Positions 59,426 to 64,000 of a DNA stretch of 64,000 nt are shown here, piece by piece; positions within the stretch are counted from its first letter, which is position 1; every line of letters begins with the position of its first letter. Where the stretch lies: IMG/VR virus record IMGVR_UViG_3300049491_000083, positions 1 through 64,000 of that record; one strand, written 5' to 3'. The DNA comes from a virus. A model generated the notes under the pieces. The model worked only from the letters and a program-made list of their open reading frames with translations, did not search any database and was not told where the DNA came from. The position numbers and the translations under genes are program-made.

Positions 59426-60088
59426 CTACCACTCGCCAGAGTCAGTCGATGCAATATCGGCTGCCGTGCCTGTGTTGTTGCCAGTGTAGTAGGCTTCCTG
59501 CTGGTCGTAAGGAACCTTGTTAATCGCAAGGTCCAGATCGAACAGGGTGTAGGGAGACCAGTCGAATGGCTCCGTATCTGTTGGTCCGGGGAGCAAAGAG
59601 TAAGTAGTCTCTGTTGACTCGCCGCTGCGCTTGACCTTCCAAACATTCTGGGTCAGCGTTCCGTACTCTTCCGCATAGTCGCGGATCGTGCTGAAGGTGT
59701 TGGACTTGAAAGTGCCCATTCCCCATACAGCAATGTGGGGGTCCTTACCATCATCGATGAGGACGTTGGTGTAGAACCTCAACTTGGAACCCCACTTGGC
59801 CTTGAAGTCTCGCTTGTGCAGTTCGCAGGCGAAGCACTTGCCCTCATCATCCATGGTGCATTCCGCACGAATGGAGAAGTTGTTTGGACCCGGCTTTACA
59901 TGCTCCTTGACAAGGAGGACGAGACCCCGCTCGGGGTCGTATCCCGATGACTCATCGGTTGTCTCATTGGCAAACCGTACCTTGACGGCCTTACCATCTT
60001 CGAACTTTACCCAGCGGACGTTGCCACCAGATCCTTCTGACTTGCGCTCTTGCAACTCATTGAGTTGCCCTAATCCCTTATATGACAT
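59426..60088 (-). CDS. Putative gp32-like ssDNA-binding protein
   Basis: Zn motif H...C...C..C, K.KR.G...ETTY, acidic tail ending W; lies between primase and polymerase. Confidence 0.65.
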   Translation of the reverse strand: MSYKGLGQLNELQERKSEGSGGNVRWVKFEDGKAVKVRFANETTDESSGYDPERGLVLLVKEHVKPGPNNFSIRAECTMDDEGKCFACELHKRDFKAKWGSKLRFYTNVLIDDGKDPHIAVWGMGTFKSNTFSTIRDYAEEYGTLTQNVWKVKRSGESTETTYSLLPGPTDTEPFDWSPYTLFDLDLAINKVPYDQQEAYYTGNNTGTAADIASTDSGEW

Positions 60089-60091
60089 CTT

Positions 60092-61063
60092 TTATCTCTT
60101 TTCTTTATCAGTAATTTGTAATATGTAATCTAGTTCGTTATCAAATTGTGCTAGAAAGGATTCCAACTGCACGTCGTCCATATCGCCTATGTCCTTCATG
60201 CCTGCTGGTGGCTTTGCCGCAATCACTGTTGAACCTAGGTACTGCTTCAACTTTGTTCGCATTGCCAGACCAGCGTCGTCGTCGTCCTGTACTAATATTA
60301 TACTATTGAAATACCTTTTTAGCAAGTCGATCTGAGCAGAACTTACGGAAGCCCCCAAGGTTGCTGCCGCATGGCGACCAGTCTGTTCAATCCGCATGGC
60401 ATCGAAGGATGCCTCAACAACGAATATCTTATCGTATCGCTTGATACGATGGAGATTGAACATCGTCCGACTACGAGGTAGCCCTGTGCTGTTCTTGAAC
60501 TCCTTGCCGACGATTGATCTGCCGACAAAGCCCACGCACATTCCATCAGGAGAGTGCACGGGGATGGTAACCATTCCCTGCTTTTCACTATACCCAAGCA
60601 AGTATCTGTCTATGGATGCGTCGGTAATGCCACGCTTATGTAGATAATCCTTGCCCTTACCCGGCTGCTTAGCCGCATCGTTCAGCCGATAGATAACATC
60701 CATATCGTACTGTTCGAATTCTTTCTTCGCATTGAGGATCTTTTGAACCTCATCAACGATGCTTTGATCACTGCCCTTGGCTTCGATCAGCCGTAGTGCC
60801 TCAAAGAAATTCCTGTCTGACGTGAACATTACCAGTCCCGGCAGACTCTCCGAGTGCTGGCACCCGAAGCAATAGAACTGTCCTGTCTCTTTCGCTACCT
60901 CGCCAGCCGGGGTACGGAAGTTGCTGTGCCAAGGGCAGAAGATAAGATAGTCAGTATCGACTTCGCCCTCAATGCTTATCCCACAGGAGATAAGGACTTT
61001 TCGGACCTGACCCTCTGAGTAGGTTTCGAAATCATTCTGTTTTTGTCTACTCCCTCTAGACAC
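60092..61063 (-). CDS. dnaG: DNA primase
   Basis: CPWH...CFGC zinc finger; YL..RGI; TOPRIM VEASFD and DDD. Confidence 0.9.
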   Translation of the reverse strand: MSRGSRQKQNDFETYSEGQVRKVLISCGISIEGEVDTDYLIFCPWHSNFRTPAGEVAKETGQFYCFGCQHSESLPGLVMFTSDRNFFEALRLIEAKGSDQSIVDEVQKILNAKKEFEQYDMDVIYRLNDAAKQPGKGKDYLHKRGITDASIDRYLLGYSEKQGMVTIPVHSPDGMCVGFVGRSIVGKEFKNSTGLPRSRTMFNLHRIKRYDKIFVVEASFDAMRIEQTGRHAAATLGASVSSAQIDLLKRYFNSIILVQDDDDAGLAMRTKLKQYLGSTVIAAKPPAGMKDIGDMDDVQLESFLAQFDNELDYILQITDKEKR

Positions 61064-61299
61064 TGGGCCTGCCTCTTTCCAACATAGACACCGTACACGG
61101 ATAAGCGAAAGTCGAACGAACTACCATTGTACAGGACTGTGAAGTCCGGGTCAATATCGTAACGTCGTGCGTATCCATCTTTTTCCATGAGACTTCCGAG
61201 GACAGCAATGTGCTGATCCTTGAGCCTAGGAATATGGGCTTCATCGCCTATACTTCCTTCCAGATAGAAGCGCTTGATGTTCTTGTGGACAGGTACCAT
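60976..61299 (-). CDS. Hypothetical protein (leaderless)
   Basis: TATAAT 6 nt before ATG. Confidence 0.6.
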   Translation of the reverse strand: MVPVHKNIKRFYLEGSIGDEAHIPRLKDQHIAVLGSLMEKDGYARRYDIDPDFTVLYNGSSFDFRLSVYGVYVGKRQAQCLEGVDKNRMISKPTQRVRSEKSLSPVG

Positions 61300-61321
61300 G
61301 TATCCATTATACTATCTTTCC

Positions 61322-61714
61322 CTATCCCATGTTGCAGCGGGATACACTCGCAAGATCAATACTCGTGATGGAGTTACCGGTCACGTCATCGTTCATGATG
61401 CTTGTCTCATCAGGGTTGTGCTGCGCTCCTAGGGAGTGCCCAATCTCATGAGTGATGATCTTTCTTAGCATCCTACCCGGTTTTAGATCTTGGTTCAGAT
61501 AAATCCAGTCACCTTGTCGTGCGCCTTGCGTATACTGACCGAATTTTTCTTCGGTATCTGTCATGACGATATGAAACGTACCGTTATCAGTTTCAATGAA
61601 GTCCCTACCGGTGACATTCTCCCACATCTGTACCGCTGCATACAGGGGCTTTCGCCAAGGCTCAGGCCATGATGGATCGACCGTGTACAGGTACGGCAAG
61701 CATAGGTCTATCAT
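61322..61714 (-). CDS. Matrixin-like (metzincin) Zn metalloprotease
   Basis: HEIGHSLGAQH plus SIM Met-turn. Confidence 0.85.
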   Translation of the reverse strand: MIDLCLPYLYTVDPSWPEPWRKPLYAAVQMWENVTGRDFIETDNGTFHIVMTDTEEKFGQYTQGARQGDWIYLNQDLKPGRMLRKIITHEIGHSLGAQHNPDETSIMNDDVTGNSITSIDLASVSRCNMG

Positions 61715-61915
61715 CTTCGCCTCCTAGTTCTGCTACTGCTGGTCGATTCCAACGCTTGTGCTGCTGGTACTTGCCAGTGGCATACTCTCCGGTAAATCCG
61801 AATCCTGACGACGTGTGGAGCCTCACAGAGCCAGTATGGTGCATCCTAGCGTGAATCTCCCAGCCCTTGGGACCACCTATGCCATGCGTAGGGCAGAGTT
61901 TGCATACCCACCTAC

Positions 61916-63145
61916 TCATGAGTTATCCTCAAAGTCCTTGTACCGGAACATTCCTAGATCGAAGTTTGTCTCAATCATGAACTCTCCTAGGAACCCGTGT
62001 CGATTCTTGCGGAAGCAGGCTTCGATCACGTCGCTGGTTGGCTCACGACCTAGGGCCAGAACCCAGTCAGCGTCATAGGCAAGTTGCTTCGACCATGCGA
62101 CCTGACCTAAGGCGGGTACGGTGGTCATGTTCGTTGCATCGTCAGGAGTCGCTGAGGCGATAGCCACGATGGGCACCTGAGCAGACCCGGCAAGCATCTT
62201 CAATTCACGACTGATGTTCTTGATCTTGACAGTCTCATTGTCCTGCGGGGTATTGGATTGCATCAACTGGATATAGTCAACGAATACAATGTCCGGTGCG
62301 TACTGGTCGATCTTTCCTCTCAGTACCGCTGGTGTTACCTCGCCGTCGCCATCGTTGCTGATGACGGGGAAGGACGGCTTGCCCTCCAAGTATGCCTTAG
62401 CCCACTTGGTAAAGGACTCCACATCGAAGTCCCCGCTGCTGATCTTCCTGTGCGAGAACAGGCCACCGCCCATGATAGTATACGCACGGTTACGGACCTC
62501 TGCCTCAGACATTTCCAGACTGAGGATGAGAGGAACCTTGTTGTGCTTCCATGCTTGGATAGCCATGTAGAGCATGAGCCACGACTTGCCGATCTGAGGA
62601 TAGGCCAATAGGATGCCAAAGTGACCCGGCATGATACCGGCAGGAAGGTAGTTGTCGAATCCAGCCAGACCAGTCTTGATACCCTGACCAAGCCCAAGCC
62701 TGTTGAGTTCTTCCTGTCTCTCGTAATACTGAGTAGCATCCTCGTGATCGACCATATCAAGGTCACGGATGCTGGCGGTGTCCCGCTTGAGTTCCGCAGT
62801 CTTGTTAATGAGAAGATTGAGTGCTGCTACCGGGTCCTTTTGGGCCAACTTGACAGCACTTTCCTTGATGATATCGTTGACACGACTATCTACATAGTGA
62901 GTCTGCAATTCCTCTAGGTGATACTTGGTCGCCCCTACTTTTGGGACGGCATCGAAGTCACTGAAGTTTTCTTCAATTAGATGGACAGGAGGGACGGTCT
63001 TGTTCTTCTCGTGGTAATCTCGGATGAACTCCCAGATATCCAGATGGGTCTTGAATAGTTTGTCAGGGTTAGCCGACAGCAGGACGTGAATTTGCTTGTC
63101 CTCTAGCAAGGCCGATAATACCTTGGCCTCTGCATTGTCTGTCAT
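61916..63145 (-). CDS. dnaB: DnaB-like replicative helicase
   Basis: AYPQIGKS, SLEM, VDYIQLM, ISRELK, DAD, KNRHG. Confidence 0.93.
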   Translation of the reverse strand: MTDNAEAKVLSALLEDKQIHVLLSANPDKLFKTHLDIWEFIRDYHEKNKTVPPVHLIEENFSDFDAVPKVGATKYHLEELQTHYVDSRVNDIIKESAVKLAQKDPVAALNLLINKTAELKRDTASIRDLDMVDHEDATQYYERQEELNRLGLGQGIKTGLAGFDNYLPAGIMPGHFGILLAYPQIGKSWLMLYMAIQAWKHNKVPLILSLEMSEAEVRNRAYTIMGGGLFSHRKISSGDFDVESFTKWAKAYLEGKPSFPVISNDGDGEVTPAVLRGKIDQYAPDIVFVDYIQLMQSNTPQDNETVKIKNISRELKMLAGSAQVPIVAIASATPDDATNMTTVPALGQVAWSKQLAYDADWVLALGREPTSDVIEACFRKNRHGFLGEFMIETNFDLGMFRYKDFEDNS

Positions 63146-63444
63146 TTAAGCCACTCCCTCGCTCTCGCTCTGTTCACAGCACGAATGCGCTGATCCTCTT
63201 CCTCTAGTTTCATTGCTTGCAGGACTTTCTCCATATTGTAGGAGAGCCACGTCCAGTCCGGGGACGAATTGATCTTGAAGTAGTAGTTGATGCCTTCTAC
63301 GCACTCATCATAGCCGAAGGATTCAATAAGAGCATCTGCCGCCCATTGCTGAGCGAACATATTAATATATGAGGACTTGCCTCGGGCTGACAGATGCTTC
63401 TTGAATTGGGTAAGAAGTGCGAAGCGCAACTTCTTGTCAGCCAT
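63142..63444 (-). CDS. Hypothetical protein (possible helicase loader)
   Basis: Directly upstream of and coupled to dnaB. Confidence 0.5.
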   Translation of the reverse strand: MADKKLRFALLTQFKKHLSARGKSSYINMFAQQWAADALIESFGYDECVEGINYYFKINSSPDWTWLSYNMEKVLQAMKLEEEDQRIRAVNRARAREWLK

Positions 63445-63644
63445 TATCCAACCAGATCCTTCTTCGCCTGCGTTACCTTCGCCACCAACTGCTCTGCGAT
63501 CACAGTGTACAGGCTATCGATGCCCTCGTCAACCGTGGTGGTCGGGAGCAAGTCCTGAGTGGCCCCTACGTCAATCCGAATGTTCTGGAAGTTCCCTGTA
63601 TTGAGGGTGTATCCCAAGGATACTGTAACAGAATTATTACTCAT
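63444..63644 (-). CDS. Conserved small phage protein
   Basis: V.LGYTLN.GNF...RID. Confidence 0.65.
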   Translation of the reverse strand: MSNNSVTVSLGYTLNTGNFQNIRIDVGATQDLLPTTTVDEGIDSLYTVIAEQLVAKVTQAKKDLVG

Positions 63645-63654
63645 TGATAATCTC

Positions 63655-64000
63655 CTAATATGTTTTCTCTTGCCACGTTGGTATGAACTCTCCCGCTGGT
63701 GTTCTGGTGTACATTATCAGCGCATCCCCCATTTTAGCACGTAGTTCGTTCTCTGTCAATACCCCGGAAGTTGTGGTCAGTCCATCCTTGCGGGGCCTGC
63801 CACGATGCTTGGTAGCCATGTTAGATCTGATAGTGAAGAGGTCATCCTCTGAGTAGTAGGCTCTCCGCTGCCACTGTCTCTGTCCATCCTGAGATAGACC
63901 GACAGGCGGGGGAACCTCACCAGCCATGGCGTAGTTCTTGATCATCTTGGGGCTGCGTCCTAGGATTCTGCCTGCGCTCTCTAGGCTGTAGGCTCGCCTG
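63655..64000 (-). CDS. Putative DNA-binding protein, 3' part
   Basis: R.YYSE.D...R...H.GRPRKDG (AT-hook-like); frame probably starts beyond the window. Confidence 0.55.
   Translation of the reverse strand, partial: RRAYSLESAGRILGRSPKMIKNYAMAGEVPPPVGLSQDGQRQWQRRAYYSEDDLFTIRSNMATKHRGRPRKDGLTTTSGVLTENELRAKMGDALIMYTRTPAGEFIPTWQEKTY

Noticed and set aside
48699-63145. Inteins or introns in terL, recA, dnaE, dnaB
   Set aside because: Lengths are normal and no splice-junction or homing-endonuclease motifs were seen.
1-64000. Stop-codon reassignment, integrase/prophage, or DGR/retron
   Set aside because: No suppressor anticodon among the 32 tRNAs, long genes are intact in the standard code, and no integrase, host-gene flank or reverse transcriptase was recognised.

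Overview
A 64-kb segment of a large, probably lytic, tailed phage. The host is most likely actinobacterial (WhiB-like regulator, DnaE-type polymerase, tmRNA tag ending ALAA, many leaderless genes); the gene set resembles large Streptomyces/Rhodococcus siphoviruses, which is inference only. Layout: 1-7.55 kb (-) tail/virion and holin genes; 7.6-16.7 kb (+) an RNA-rich block with 13 tRNAs, tmRNA, a Ro60/TROVE gene and several orphan structured RNAs; 17.3-31.9 kb an early-type region of small-gene cassettes with repeated promoter/operator motifs and a 19-tRNA array; 32-64 kb (-) small genes, thyX, a glycosylation cluster, SSB, WhiB, terminase, RuvC, Cas4-like nuclease, RecA, DnaE, primase and helicase. 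The 32 tRNAs cover all 20 amino acids. The main observation is a promoter-driven tandem array of five Y-RNA-like units (9034-9619) directly upstream of Ro60. Each unit has a covarying Ro-binding-type stem and a different internal cargo. The fifth cargo is a circularly permuted tRNA that keeps ACCA and the G3:U70 alanine identity pair. All calls were made by eye; no database searches or folding programs were run.
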